From Terriglobia bacterium (GTDB taxonomy: Bacteria; Acidobacteriota; Terriglobia; 20CM-2-55-15), in contig OZ253554.1 in NCBI GenBank assembly GCA_965262675.1, forward strand, positions 2,132,640-2,196,639: a stretch of DNA of 64,000 nucleotides, given 5' to 3'. Shown piece after piece: positions 38,716-49,280 of the stretch (positions are counted from its first letter, which is position 1; each line of letters opens with the position of its first letter). The notes beneath the pieces are model-generated. The model searched no databases and had not been told where the DNA came from. It saw nothing but the letters and a program-made list of their open reading frames with translations. The position numbers were made by a program, and so were the translations under genes.

Positions 38716-39186
38716 CTAAGCGGATGCCGGCCCTTTGACGAGCCTCTTCGTCACGAAAAGGACGGCCGCTCCGGGAATCCAGAGGAATACTGCGCTTAGA
38801 GTCGGACCCAACAGCAAATGGGTTGCGGCATGGAACAGGTCGTTGCCAAACGGGCCCGTGAACTCGGACCCGCTGAAGATGTTCTCAACGCCGGTCACCA
38901 CCGCCAGCAAGATCCCGCCGGTAATGATGATTTCACCCGCCAAGATTTCGAGCACCACCAATACGAGAAGGTGCTTGTAACCGCCGAAACCGGTCGTGTG
39001 AACGCGGATCGAAAAGACCACGACCGCCACCAGGGTAATCGCGTTGATGCTGACCCAAAACGTGAAGCCGTCGGACGCTCCCGCCAATGACAGTCCGAGT
39101 CTCGCGAAGCCCACGACGGCCGTAAGGATCAGGAAGACCCGCGCGAAAAGCACGTACTCTCGAAGCGTCCTGCCAAACAGTTGCAT
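38716..39186 (-). CDS. small integral membrane protein (4 TM), hypothetical
   Basis: Hydrophobic segments. Preferred start MQLFGRTLREY at 39186. Confidence 0.5.
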   Translation of the reverse strand: MQLFGRTLREYVLFARVFLILTAVVGFARLGLSLAGASDGFTFWVSINAITLVAVVVFSIRVHTTGFGGYKHLLVLVVLEILAGEIIITGGILLAVVTGVENIFSGSEFTGPFGNDLFHAATHLLLGPTLSAVFLWIPGAAVLFVTKRLVKGPASA

Positions 39187-39263
39187 GATCGGCCTCCCTA
39201 CTTCCCCTCGATCGAGCGCATGACGCCGCCGGTGGCGAAGCGGCGTCATTCTGCGGAATTGTC

Positions 39264-39935
39264 TTAACGCCGGACGTTGTCCAGCAGCACCGGCGTTGAC
39301 GGATAGTTGTCCACCGCGAGCCTTCCGGCATCACCATCGATGGTGGCCTCGACAAGGCGGGACGCCTTGCCTTCTCCCAAGCCGTTGGAATCCAACCGGA
39401 TCTCGACCAGCGTGAACTCGTCTTCGGCCGGCATGCGTGTGGCGGGGGGTCGTGTCGTCACCAGGACGATGCGTTCGCCTCCATCCGGCATCGACTGGCG
39501 TTCGGCGTACTTGATCGCGTATCCGGAAACAGAGCTGTCGGTCCAGATATAGCCGACGGTCGCCGCTCCGGAGACCGCCGTCGTAATGGGATCCTCGGGC
39601 ACATCCTCGGCATCCCCGCGACCGCGGCCTCCGCCACCGCGTCCGCCACCCCTGCCCTCGTCTGCCGCGGGAGGCTCAGGTTGCGGGTTTTCCAACGCCG
39701 CCACGAGCGTGCCCCAATCCTCGTCCGAGGACCACCGGATGAAATGGATTCGGACTCCGTTCCCGGGCTGGTCGGACAACGTCGCTGTCAGCTCAACGGA
39801 ATCCATTTCGGTTGCCGGCGTCTGTGGCACCGGTCTCTCTGCCGCATGAAACGCCGGGATTGAGAATCCGGCGAACATCCCAACCGAAACCAACGTCACA
39901 ACGTACCAGCGGGGGGCCCGCAGATGCAGTTTCAT
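39264..39935 (-). CDS. secreted Gly/Arg-rich hypothetical protein, paralog A
   Basis: MKLHLRAPRWYVVTLVSVGMFAGFS signal/anchor and a GRGGGRGGGGRGRG tract. ~96% identical to paralog B (41930..42607). Confidence 0.5.
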   Translation of the reverse strand: MKLHLRAPRWYVVTLVSVGMFAGFSIPAFHAAERPVPQTPATEMDSVELTATLSDQPGNGVRIHFIRWSSDEDWGTLVAALENPQPEPPAADEGRGGGRGGGGRGRGDAEDVPEDPITTAVSGAATVGYIWTDSSVSGYAIKYAERQSMPDGGERIVLVTTRPPATRMPAEDEFTLVEIRLDSNGLGEGKASRLVEATIDGDAGRLAVDNYPSTPVLLDNVRR

Positions 39936-40087
39936 CGCTCCTCCTCGATACACACGCACGGGCCGGTCGAATACGAGATATGGAGGTGCGTGTCTCCCCG
40001 GTAGAGATTGGTGGTCTGGCCGTATCCAACGCCGTTAGTTCCGGGGATCGCAAGACCGGCGGCCACCCCCGTCAATATCCTTGATGT

Positions 40088-40139
40088 CATTCTGTTGAAT
40101 CTCCGGGTCGATTCATTCTGTTGAATCTCCGGGTCGATG
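40088..40139. repeat. 26-bp tandem repeat cattctgttgaatctccgggtcgatt, 2 copies
   Basis: Read directly from the sequence. The same unit is present in 4 copies at 42760..42863. Confidence 0.8.
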
Positions 40140-40171
40140 CATTTCGCACAACGTGTCCATTTTTGCGGTGC

Positions 40172-40456
40172 CTAATCCAGCGGAATAAACGCCAGCGCAT
40201 CATTGGGGTTCATGGAAATCACCAACTGATTCTGAACGGAGTCATAGCACATGGAGGCGGCACTGGGTATGCCCGAGGCGATAATCTCCGCGGGCTGTCC
40301 GGACCGGATCCGTGAGACGCTGCCGAATCGGACACTACTGACATTCTTCGTACCGTCTTCTGTGACTACCAGGCCGTCGTTACCCCCTTCGACGGCGTAT
40401 TCGGTATTGACCAACTCCCCTTGAGAGTTGAAGGTTGATACGCCAATTTGGGTCAT
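40172..40456 (-). pseudogene. C-terminal fragment (94 codons) of an SMP-30/NHL-type beta-propeller gene (truncated copy of 42896..43816)
   Basis: Translation ...QGELVNTEYAVEGGNDGLVVTEDGTK...ALAFIPLD matches the C-terminus of the 306-aa paralog. Confidence 0.55.
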
Positions 40457-40821
40457 TGATTATGCCACCTTTGACGAGTCGTCGCCGACGGCGTGGTCTT
40501 TGAGCTTGGCCTGAAGCCCATGCGGCGATACTTTGCGGCCCAACATGTTTAACGTGACAATGCCAGATTGAGAACGCACGCATCGAGCCGATGATCAGGA
40601 TGGATGCTGATGAGAATTGGATGCGTTCCACGCCGCGTTACATCGTCGATAATAAGAAGCGGCGGATCGTGACGGACAAGTTGTTTGAGTGAATACTCAG
40701 CGAGACAGGCAATTCCTTGGGCCAGATACAGTGGGCGGCAAACTCCATCGAGCTGTTTTCACCGTCTCCGCTGGACGTAAGGATTCTTAGCCACGCACCG
40801 ACACCGTAGAGAGGCGAAACC

Positions 40822-41727
40822 ATGGGTCTGAACGACATCCTTGAAATATTCCGCGGGTTCCTCGGTTTCGAGTTGTTCGATCTGGGCGGCACCACGGTGA
40901 CGGTGGCAACGACAGTGACGGTGCTGGTCATGCTTGTGGCGACCGTATGGTTATCGCGATTCAGCCAGCATGCGCTAGGGGCTCTCTTTGAGGGGCGGAG
41001 GTTGGATCTACGCACGACCGGGACCATCAAGAGCCTGACCCATTACACAATACTCGTTGTTGGATTTACCGCGGCCCTGCAGACAGCGGGAATCAATTTG
41101 ACGGCGTTGTTCGCTGCCGGCGCGATATTCGCCATCGCCTTCGGTTTCGCGATGCAGAGCATTGCCCAAAATTTTGTGGCCGGTGTCATTTTGCTGACTG
41201 AAAGGACGATCAAGCCGGGAGATGTGCTCGAGGTTGAGGGGCGGGTCGTCCGCGTGGAAATCATGGGTATCCGGTCTACGGTCGCCCGGAGCCGGGACGG
41301 GGAAGAACTGATCATCCCCAACTTTGTGCTGGCCCAGTCGACGGTCAAGAACTATACGCTGGCGGACGCATATTACAGAATGCAGGTGTCGGTCGGCGTG
41401 ACCTACAGTTCCGATATGGCGCAGGTCCGCCAGACGCTTGAGACCACCGCAAAGATCATTGCTCAAAAATGGGGCGTTACGAAACATCCCCCTCTCGTCG
41501 TGATGGCGGGTTTTGGCGACAATGCCGTGGAGTTCAAGGTCGCAATCTGGATGTCGAATCCGTGGCTGTGGCTTCCGGCAATTAACGAACTGCACGAAGC
41601 CATCTGGTGGGCTTTTCACGAAAACGGGATCACTATAGCCTTTCCGCAACTGGACGTCCATTTTGACCACCCGGTTTCGGAAAATTTCGGCCGTTCGGCG
41701 GCGTTACCGCCGAAGGCTTCCGGGTGA
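40822..41727 (+). CDS. mechanosensitive ion channel, MscS family
   Basis: Three N-terminal TM helices followed by the conserved MscS beta-domain (QNFVAGVILLTERTIKPGDVLEVEGRVVRVEIMGIRST). Confidence 0.9.
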   Translation: MGLNDILEIFRGFLGFELFDLGGTTVTVATTVTVLVMLVATVWLSRFSQHALGALFEGRRLDLRTTGTIKSLTHYTILVVGFTAALQTAGINLTALFAAGAIFAIAFGFAMQSIAQNFVAGVILLTERTIKPGDVLEVEGRVVRVEIMGIRSTVARSRDGEELIIPNFVLAQSTVKNYTLADAYYRMQVSVGVTYSSDMAQVRQTLETTAKIIAQKWGVTKHPPLVVMAGFGDNAVEFKVAIWMSNPWLWLPAINELHEAIWWAFHENGITIAFPQLDVHFDHPVSENFGRSAALPPKASG

Positions 41728-41840
41728 CGCCGCAATATCGCCGTGCGGCTCGGGACCGGCCCCGCAACAAACGTTGGAGAATGCTCGCATCGACGGCCGC
41801 GGTCATCGGTGGGGGCCTTCTTGTTGTGGGATCGTCTTGA

Positions 41841-41930
41841 CCCGCCTGTCTCACGAGTCGTCTGCTGCAGCGCCGTAGCCCTGACGGCGTCTCCAACTCT
41901 TCGCGACGAAAACCCGTGAGAAAGGCGGGT
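41841..41930 (-). repeat. MITE-like repeat, copy C (short form: terminal inverted repeats with little internal sequence)
   Basis: cccgcctgtctcacgagtcgtctgctgcagcgcc...cgcgacgaaaacccgtgagaaaggcgggtt. Confidence 0.6.
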
Positions 41931-42607
41931 TAACGCCGGACGTTGTCCAGCAGCACCGGCGTTGACGGATAGTTGTCCACCGAGAGCCTTCCGGCATCAC
42001 CATCGATGCTGGCCTCAACAAGGCGGGACGCCTTGCCTTCTCCCAGGCCGTTGGAATCCAACCGGATCTCGACCAGCGTGAACTCGTCTTCGGCCGGCAT
42101 GCGTGTGGCGGGGCGTCGTGTCGTCACCAGGATGATGCGTTCGCCTCCATCCGGCATCGACTGGCGTTCGGCGTACTTGATCGCGTATCCGGAAACAGAG
42201 CTGTCGGTCCAGATATAGCCGACGGTCGCCGCTCCGGAGACCGCCGTCGTAATGGGATCCTCGGGCACATCCTCGGCATCCCCGCGACCGCGGCCTCCGC
42301 CACCGCCACCGCGTCCGCCACCCCTGCCCTCGTCTGCCGCGGGAGCCTCAGGTTGCGGGTTTTCCAACGCCGCCACGAGCGTGCCCCAATCCTCGTCCGA
42401 GGACCACCGGATGAAATGGATTCGGACTCCGTTCCCGGGCTGGTCGGACAACGTCGCTGTCAGCTCAACGGAATCCGTTTCGGTTGCCGGCGTCTGTGGC
42501 ACCGGTCTCTCTGCCGCATGAAACGCCGGGATTGAGAATCCGGCGAACATCCCAACCGAGACCAAACTCATAACGTACCAGCGGGGGGCCCGCAGATGCA
42601 GTTTCAT
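41930..42607 (-). CDS. secreted Gly/Arg-rich hypothetical protein, paralog B
   Basis: 233 aa, ~96% identical to paralog A. Start is MKLHLRAPRWYVMSLVSV. Confidence 0.5.
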   Translation of the reverse strand: MKLHLRAPRWYVMSLVSVGMFAGFSIPAFHAAERPVPQTPATETDSVELTATLSDQPGNGVRIHFIRWSSDEDWGTLVAALENPQPEAPAADEGRGGGRGGGGGGRGRGDAEDVPEDPITTAVSGAATVGYIWTDSSVSGYAIKYAERQSMPDGGERIILVTTRRPATRMPAEDEFTLVEIRLDSNGLGEGKASRLVEASIDGDAGRLSVDNYPSTPVLLDNVRR

Positions 42608-42759
42608 CGCTCCTCCTCGATACACACGCACGGGCCGGTCGAATACGAGATATGGAGGTGCGTGTCTCCCCGGTAGAGATTGGTGGTCTGGCCGTATCCA
42701 ATACCGTTGGTTCCGGCTATCGGAAGACCGGCGGCCACCCCCGTCAATATCCTTGATGT

Positions 42760-42863
42760 CATTCTGTTGAATCTCCGGGTCGATTCATTCTGTCGAATCT
42801 CCGGGTCGATTCATTCTGTTGAATCACCGGGTCGATTCATTCTGTTGAATCACCGGGTCGATG
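42760..42863. repeat. 26-bp tandem repeat, 4 copies (VNTR relative to copy A)
   Basis: cattctgttgaatctccgggtcgatt x4 with single-base variants (gaatcaccgg). Confidence 0.8.
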
Positions 42864-42895
42864 CATTTCGCACAACGTGTCCATTCTTGCGGCGC

Positions 42896-43816
42896 CTAAT
42901 CCAGCGGAATAAACGCCAGCGCGTCATTGGGGTTCATGGGAATCACCAACTGATTCTGAACGGAGTCATAGCACATGGAGGCGGCACTAGGTATACCAGA
43001 GGCGATAATCTCCGCGGGCTGTCCAGACCGGATCCGTGAGACGCTGCCAAAGCGGACACTACTGACATACTTCGTACCGTCTTCTGTGATTACCAGGCCG
43101 TCGTTACCCCCTTCGACGGCGTTTTCGGTATTGACCAACTCCCCTTGAGAGTCGAAGGTCAGTACGGCGTTATCGCCGATATTCACCACCACAATATTGC
43201 CATCGCCGTCAATGGCCACGCCGTTGGGCACATTCAGCGGGGCGCCGTCGACCAATATCGAAGTTTCGCCGTCCGCGCTGACCCGGAAAATCCGTTCCGG
43301 TGGCCGCGTGTTGGAGATGTAGGCGGTGCCGTCCTCACTGACTCCAATGCCATTGAGGAATGTCGCGCCCTCTACTTCGAAGGCGTTCAGAGGCTGGCCG
43401 CTTTCAAGGTCAAACGAGCGCAGCACACCTTCATCCACCGTATACAGCACACCGTTACCGACGGCGCTTCCGAGAGGATGGTTGAGGGTCAGGTTGTCCC
43501 GGGTAGCGCCGATCCATTTGGCTGTATGCACGCTGCCGTCGGGGTTGATCAATGACACGAAACCGTCATTTTCCTGCAGGTCTTGCCCCACGCCGGCATT
43601 CATGGCCAGGATCAGGTTCCGGTCGGAATCGAACGTGCAACTCTCGGCGAAACGGAAGCTGCCGTAGACTTTGACGTTGGAAGACATGGGGGTGGACACG
43701 CCGGATTCATTGACCGCACCGAGCGGATCACCCACCTGGATTGGGCCGCTCTGAGCGCCGGCCACAATGCTCGAAGCGAGCAACGTCAGACCTGTCAACA
43801 GACTAATTCTCATCAT
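42896..43816 (-). CDS. secreted six-bladed beta-propeller protein (SMP-30/gluconolactonase/NHL-repeat-like)
   Basis: Signal peptide MMRISLLTGLTLLASSIVAGAQ. Repeated DG-x-VYV/NG-IAVD-like blades. Confidence 0.6.
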   Translation of the reverse strand: MMRISLLTGLTLLASSIVAGAQSGPIQVGDPLGAVNESGVSTPMSSNVKVYGSFRFAESCTFDSDRNLILAMNAGVGQDLQENDGFVSLINPDGSVHTAKWIGATRDNLTLNHPLGSAVGNGVLYTVDEGVLRSFDLESGQPLNAFEVEGATFLNGIGVSEDGTAYISNTRPPERIFRVSADGETSILVDGAPLNVPNGVAIDGDGNIVVVNIGDNAVLTFDSQGELVNTENAVEGGNDGLVITEDGTKYVSSVRFGSVSRIRSGQPAEIIASGIPSAASMCYDSVQNQLVIPMNPNDALAFIPLD

Positions 43817-43953
43817 TGTTCTTTATGCTCCATGTAGCCGTTGATGGTGACGGCTGCGTGATCCTACTCCGCCTCGCCTTCCTCGCGCAACTGTCTGAAA
43901 AAGGAATACGGATCACAATGGCAGGGGGCCACTTCTTCACGGCAAATTTGTTC

Positions 43954-45758
43954 TCAGAAGGAGCATGATGTGGGGGATGAATTTCGAGTCATTTTCAAGT
44001 AGTCGAAGACGCGGCGGGTATTGAACGAGAGTTGGCGCATGGATTGGGCGATCGATTGAGCGGGTTTTTGAAAGGATTTGAGAATACCGACGGCAAAGCG
44101 TCGGAGGCGGGTGATGTTTTCCGGGCCGAAGCCGGTGCGGATTCGACTGCGGTCCTCATCGTAATTCCAGTCGATGATGTAATGGACGCTTTCGATACTC
44201 CAATGACCGCGATTGATGGCCAGCAAGCGTTCGGGGGAGGTTTCGCCGGGTGAGCGGCTCGTGATGCCCAGCGCGGTTTCACAGGTGAGGGCGCCGGATT
44301 TTTTGTCGATGGATTCGCGCTCGATCCGAAAGACCTGCCCCAGGTGGGGAAAGTCGAGGTAGTGGTTGAGTGCGGCGCTGCACCAAATGCGCCGGGTTTC
44401 GATGCGGCCATGATCGGGCGGCGTGACCTCGACAAAGTCGGGTTGTCCGCGGGTTTGGAACTGGAACGCGATATCGCGTTCCAGCGTCGGTTGGTTGCCT
44501 TTGACCGTGAAATGATAGTGCGCTCCCCGCTCAACCGAATAACGCGCGATCGCGCGTTGGGTCAGCAGGGCGTCGCCGGTGATGTCCTTGCCGGCGATGT
44601 CGCAGGTTTCAAGCAAGGGAACGGCCATGCCGATTTCGTTCGTGCGCTTGTGCTCCTCGCCGCCGGCTACAGGGAGGGTTCCCACTTTTTTTGGGTGTAG
44701 CAGCGTTTCGACCGATGCCCGACCACGCTCATGATGTGGGTCTGACGCCCGTCCGAGTCGAGGGCGTTCTTCATCGTCTTGCCATCCATGGCCAGCGCAT
44801 CGTCCGGGGCGCCCCAGGCCCGATTCCACGCATTGAGCGCCCGGTCCAGCGCCCCCGGTTCAATCCGGATCAGGCAATCCCGAATCACAAACTCGCTGGG
44901 AACCACATAGCGGCCGTTCTCGGGCCGGCAGCCAAAACGTTCGCGGGCTTTCTGCCCCAGGGCATCGGCCCAATCCGAGATGGCTTTATAGCCGTGCATG
45001 CCGCACAGCGTCGCGCCCGCCGCGATGCCCCGCACGACCGACAAGGGATGGCGCCGTCCCTGAGAGCGGCGCGGATCGGGAATGGTCCTGAAACACTCGG
45101 GGAGTTGTCGCATCTCGGCGGCATTGAGCATGATCTTGGGGGCTCCTGTGAGTTGAAGATGTTCCCGGCCAGGGTGGGTCAGTTGCCTGCGCGCATCACG
45201 GCGCAGGGGACGCACAAAGACAAGTTTCGGGGCATCGGCTTCGGCGCTGTAGCCGTCCCGGGTGCGCCGGTATCCCCGCGTCCGTCCCAGTTCCAACCAG
45301 TTCGACGCGCGATACACGCCGCCATGGAAGCGCCGGGGATCGACAAACGTTTCCAGCAGCAGCAACCCATGACCGAACCGTTGGCGCCAATCCGGGGCGG
45401 CCCGCCGCTCGAGCCGGGACAATACTCGCGACCCCACATTCGGCCGATTCCAGCCCGGCAGAATCAAAAAGCGGCTGTTGTTGGCGATCAGTTTCAGCCG
45501 CCCATACTGCGAGCGGAAGTCCCAGCCGATCCATCGATCCCGAACCCCGCACTTCAGCGCCGCCGCCGACAGGCTCAGTTGCGCCACCCACTGCCCGCGC
45601 CATGTCGCCACGTACCAGACCGTCTCCCCGATCTTCGCCAGCGCGCCCAGATAATGATGACGCCTCATCTGCTCCCGATACTGCGCTTCCTCGCTTCGCT
45701 CCACTGGCCGGACCTCGATCTCCGACAATTCCTGGCTGGTCAATTCCGTCCACTCCAT
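43954..45758 (-). mobile_element. ISAs1-family IS element; the transposase is split by a frameshift (ORFs 44667..45758 and 43954..44829) and carries an N-terminal DUF4338-like extension
   Basis: DDE_Tnp_1_assoc-like segment FRTIPDPRRSQGRRHPLSVVRGIAAGATLCG. ISAs1 core ...AINRGHWSIESVHYIIDWNYDEDRSRIR in the downstream ORF. The ORFs overlap at 44667-44829 in different frames. Confidence 0.65.
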
Positions 45759-46095
45759 TCAGCGTGTTATACCGGAAACTCCCCGCGATGTCCAGCTTTC
45801 CCGGTTAAACTACTGAATTCGCCGTAGTTCACTGAAAGGACAAAATCACCGTGGCCACTTCTTGGTTCGGTCGCGCGAGGATGCGCGTGTTCCGGACCGT
45901 CTCCTGGAGCGTCAGCGGATCGGACAGGGAGACCGGTCCTCCCCGTCAGCCTCGCCCGTGGTATTCGAAGGAAAGGGCGTCTCCATCGATTTCAACCGAT
46001 ATCGCGTTGCCGTCCAGGATGCCGCGCCTCGTTCTTCGATCGCGAGAATCGCCGACTGCAGGCCGCCCCGAGGGTTCGTTTCATCCTGAACGCCA

Positions 46096-49000
46096 TCAAA
46101 GGTTGAGACGCAGTGAGAACTGAAATTGCCGCGGATCGAAAGCCGAAGTGTAGGAGAACGGCTCGGTGACCGGTCCCAGCCGCCCTACGGGCCGGGCCGG
46201 CAGTTCCTCGAGGCTCAGCTCTCCGACCGTGCTGTTGACGGTCTTGAAGTTGGTCCGGTTGAACAGGTTGAACGCCTCGGCAATGAACTCGACGCTCCGG
46301 CCTTCGCCGAACGGAAACTCTCGATTCAGGCGGAGGTCCACCGAGAAGTAGTCGGGACCGACGCCCGTGTTGCGGCCGACACCCGGCGGCCGGTGCGTGT
46401 CGGGGTGGCGGTCGCCCACGTTGTCATAGCCGGCGTTGAGGTTGAACGGCGCTCCCGAGCGGGCGTTCAGGATGCCCGATACCGTGAAGTCGCGAATCAG
46501 CGCGTGACCCACACCACCACCGCCGTCGCTCGATCTCCAGGGCAGATCGAACACCGTGTAGGCGACGAAGCTGTGCCCCCGGTGAAAGGACGACAGCGCG
46601 CGTTCGGCCTTGGCATCCCACTGCAGGTGCGGCTGAAATGACGAGTTGTAATCCGTGTTCTCGTCCATGGTCTTGCTCCATGTGTGATGCGCCGAGATGC
46701 TGAACCCATCGGTGAAGCGCTTCCGGACCTGGACGATCATGGCGTGATACGAAGAATTCCCCCAGCTGCCGAAGACGTTGTCCTGCAGAATCAGCGGATT
46801 GTGAAAGCCCACGATCGGCCGGCCCTGAGGATCGGTTCCGGCTTGGTAAATGTTCGCATCGAGCGGACGGATCAGGTGGACACCCAGGTTGAGGTTGTAT
46901 CCGACCGATAGCGCATAGCCCCCCAACTCGCGCTGGATCTCGAGGCTCCCCTGCTGCGAGTAGGGGTTCACCGCATCGGGAGATACCCGGAACTGCACCC
47001 GCAGCGGCAGGCCCGGGCCCGGGTCGATGCCGTGGATGGCCAGGTCCTGCGGCGTGATCGTGCGCGTCCCGAGGATACCTCGCCGCAAGGCGGTCTGGTA
47101 GATTTCGGCCGACGTGAGCCGCTGGCCGGTCAGCGCGCTGTCGATGCCCGCCAGGCCGGTCAGGGGGACGAATACCTGAAAGATCTGCTGCCCTTCGCCC
47201 AACAGGTCGTTGATGTAGCTGATCTGGCCTTCGATCCTCCCGTAATAGATGCCGAACCCCCCGCGGACGACCGTCTCGGCGTCCGGGCTCCAGGCGAATC
47301 CCAGCCGCGGTGCGACGTTGTTATTGTCGGCCGGGAACCGCGTCTTCGGCTCCAACTCATAGCGGCCGCCCAGCGTGAGCAGGAAGTCGGGTGTGAGCCG
47401 CCACGAGGCCTCGGCAAAAAAGTCGTACCGTTTTTTCCACCCGACCCAAGTGGGATCGCCGAAGCCCTGCTGATAGATCAGCGGCAGCCCCAGAGCATAG
47501 GCTTGCAGCGACGAGATGGGCTCGGCAACCGCGGCGCCGAGTTGCGGCAGGCCCGCAAGCGCCAGAGAGCCCTGGATCAATTGTGCCGTGCCGGGGCCAA
47601 CTGCGTTGTCGATTACACTCGCCAAAGGGATCGCCTCGCCGAATTGGAAGCGTCCGCTGAAGAAGGTTTCCGAATACACGCTGAAGCGCGAGCCGCTGAC
47701 ATCGGCGCCGAACTTGTAGGTATGCGGTCCGGACATATGGGTGAAGGTCTGCCGCACCTGCCCGGCGCGCTCCACGACCCGGGCCGGCAGGATGAAGTCC
47801 CGGCCGAACTGGCCAAAGCCGTTGATGTCGATCGATGGGCCGTAGGGCTCCGTCGGGAACGTGCCGCCGTCGTGATAGGTCAGTCCCAGGCGGGTTTCAC
47901 TGATCCACCTCGGGCCGATCATGAGCGTATCTCCGAATGCCAGCGCGAAATCGTTGATGTGGGAATTCCGCCCGCGGTTGTAAGCGATAAGCGAGCCGAA
48001 CTGCGTATTCTCGCTGTCCTGGCCGGTCCAGTTGAACCGCATGAACAGGTTGTGTCCATCCCGCACCGTGTGGTCGATGCGGCCCAGCACCTGCTGGCGG
48101 TGTTCCGAGAACGGGAACACGCCGCTGTTTTCCTCGAACAAGGCAACGACGTGCGGGTAGTTGCCCGGCGTCAGCGCCCCCGTAAGCTGCCCGACAAGCG
48201 GGCGGAAGGCCGGCGCCGCGGCGTTGAGGGCACCCGCCAGCGCCTGCTGGGACGGGGTCAGCTCGTACAGGAACGCGTCGTCCCGCAGCAGGGGCACGAA
48301 GACGGATTCCTGGCGATCCAAGCGCTCGTAGGAACCGTAGAAAAACGTTCCGTCTTGTCCGATCGGACCTCCGATCGACGCGCCGCTCTGCGCCCGCGTG
48401 TAGGCCGAGTCGCTCGGGTCAAAGAAGTTCCGCGCCTGGAAACGGCGGTTGCGGAGCACTCCGAACAGGCTTCCCCGCAGTTGGCTCGTGCCGCCCTTGG
48501 TAACAATGTTGATTGCACCGCCGGGGGCGCCACCCAGCTCTGACGAGAACGAATTGCGGTTGACCTGAAACTCGTACACCGATTCCTGGCTGATCGAAGA
48601 CCGCACCGTACCCGAGTCGTAAGTGTTGTTCAAGCCGTCGAGCATGAACGTGTTGCTCCGCCCGGTCCCGCCGCCGATGCTCAGCCCGGACTGCGGCGTT
48701 GCTGAGATCCGGCTGTCCCGGTCATCGACCATATGGTTCGTGTCGACGACTCCCGGAATCAACAGGGCCAGATCCAGGTAGTCTCGGCGGTTGATGGGAA
48801 GATTTTCGATGGCGACGAAATCAATGTGTTCGGCCTGCGCGGTTTTATGCGTGTCGATCACCGGGTAAGCATCTGCTGCCGCGACGACTATGTCCGCTGT
48901 GACGGCGCCAACGGTGAGTTCCGGGGAAAACGGCACGGTCTCTCCGACGCGGACCTCAAGATTTTCGATCAGGTACGGAGCGAAACCATCTGCCTCAAAA

Positions 49001-49263
49001 CGCAACGTGTAAAGGCCGGGAACCAGATAACCGAGAACATACTCGCCGGTGGCAGAGCTGACGGTTTGCCGGTCCACGCCGCGGGCTTGATCCAACGCCG
49101 TCACGGCGACGCCCGGGATCACCGCTTCCGTCTGATCACGCACATAGCCGCGAATGTTGCCGATGTCAGTCTGGGCCTCCGATATGGCAGCACTGGTCAA
49201 GACCAATATCAGGGCCACCGCCAATCGACAGCCAGCAGCGTACAGTGGCGGTATCCATTTCAT
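46096..49263 (-). CDS. TonB-dependent outer-membrane receptor with an N-terminal carboxypeptidase-regulatory-like domain
   Basis: Signal peptide MKWIPPLYAAGCRLAVALILVLTSAAISEAQ. CarbopepD_reg-like GNIRGYVRDQTEAVIPGVAVTA. Plug + large beta-barrel. Preferred start ATG at 49263 inside ORF 46096..49875. Confidence 0.85.
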   Translation of the reverse strand: MKWIPPLYAAGCRLAVALILVLTSAAISEAQTDIGNIRGYVRDQTEAVIPGVAVTALDQARGVDRQTVSSATGEYVLGYLVPGLYTLRFEADGFAPYLIENLEVRVGETVPFSPELTVGAVTADIVVAAADAYPVIDTHKTAQAEHIDFVAIENLPINRRDYLDLALLIPGVVDTNHMVDDRDSRISATPQSGLSIGGGTGRSNTFMLDGLNNTYDSGTVRSSISQESVYEFQVNRNSFSSELGGAPGGAINIVTKGGTSQLRGSLFGVLRNRRFQARNFFDPSDSAYTRAQSGASIGGPIGQDGTFFYGSYERLDRQESVFVPLLRDDAFLYELTPSQQALAGALNAAAPAFRPLVGQLTGALTPGNYPHVVALFEENSGVFPFSEHRQQVLGRIDHTVRDGHNLFMRFNWTGQDSENTQFGSLIAYNRGRNSHINDFALAFGDTLMIGPRWISETRLGLTYHDGGTFPTEPYGPSIDINGFGQFGRDFILPARVVERAGQVRQTFTHMSGPHTYKFGADVSGSRFSVYSETFFSGRFQFGEAIPLASVIDNAVGPGTAQLIQGSLALAGLPQLGAAVAEPISSLQAYALGLPLIYQQGFGDPTWVGWKKRYDFFAEASWRLTPDFLLTLGGRYELEPKTRFPADNNNVAPRLGFAWSPDAETVVRGGFGIYYGRIEGQISYINDLLGEGQQIFQVFVPLTGLAGIDSALTGQRLTSAEIYQTALRRGILGTRTITPQDLAIHGIDPGPGLPLRVQFRVSPDAVNPYSQQGSLEIQRELGGYALSVGYNLNLGVHLIRPLDANIYQAGTDPQGRPIVGFHNPLILQDNVFGSWGNSSYHAMIVQVRKRFTDGFSISAHHTWSKTMDENTDYNSSFQPHLQWDAKAERALSSFHRGHSFVAYTVFDLPWRSSDGGGGVGHALIRDFTVSGILNARSGAPFNLNAGYDNVGDRHPDTHRPPGVGRNTGVGPDYFSVDLRLNREFPFGEGRSVEFIAEAFNLFNRTNFKTVNSTVGELSLEELPARPVGRLGPVTEPFSYTSAFDPRQFQFSLRLNL

Positions 49264-49280
49264 AGTCCGGTCCTTATCAA

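Larger units (their letters stand above)
39250..40460. repeat. segmental duplication copy A (~1.2 kb)
   Basis: Near-identical to 41920..43130. Contains paralog A, the 26-bp tandem repeat and a truncated propeller gene. Confidence 0.8.
41920..43130. repeat. segmental duplication copy B
   Basis: Near-identical to 39250..40460 but continues into a full-length propeller gene. Confidence 0.8.
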
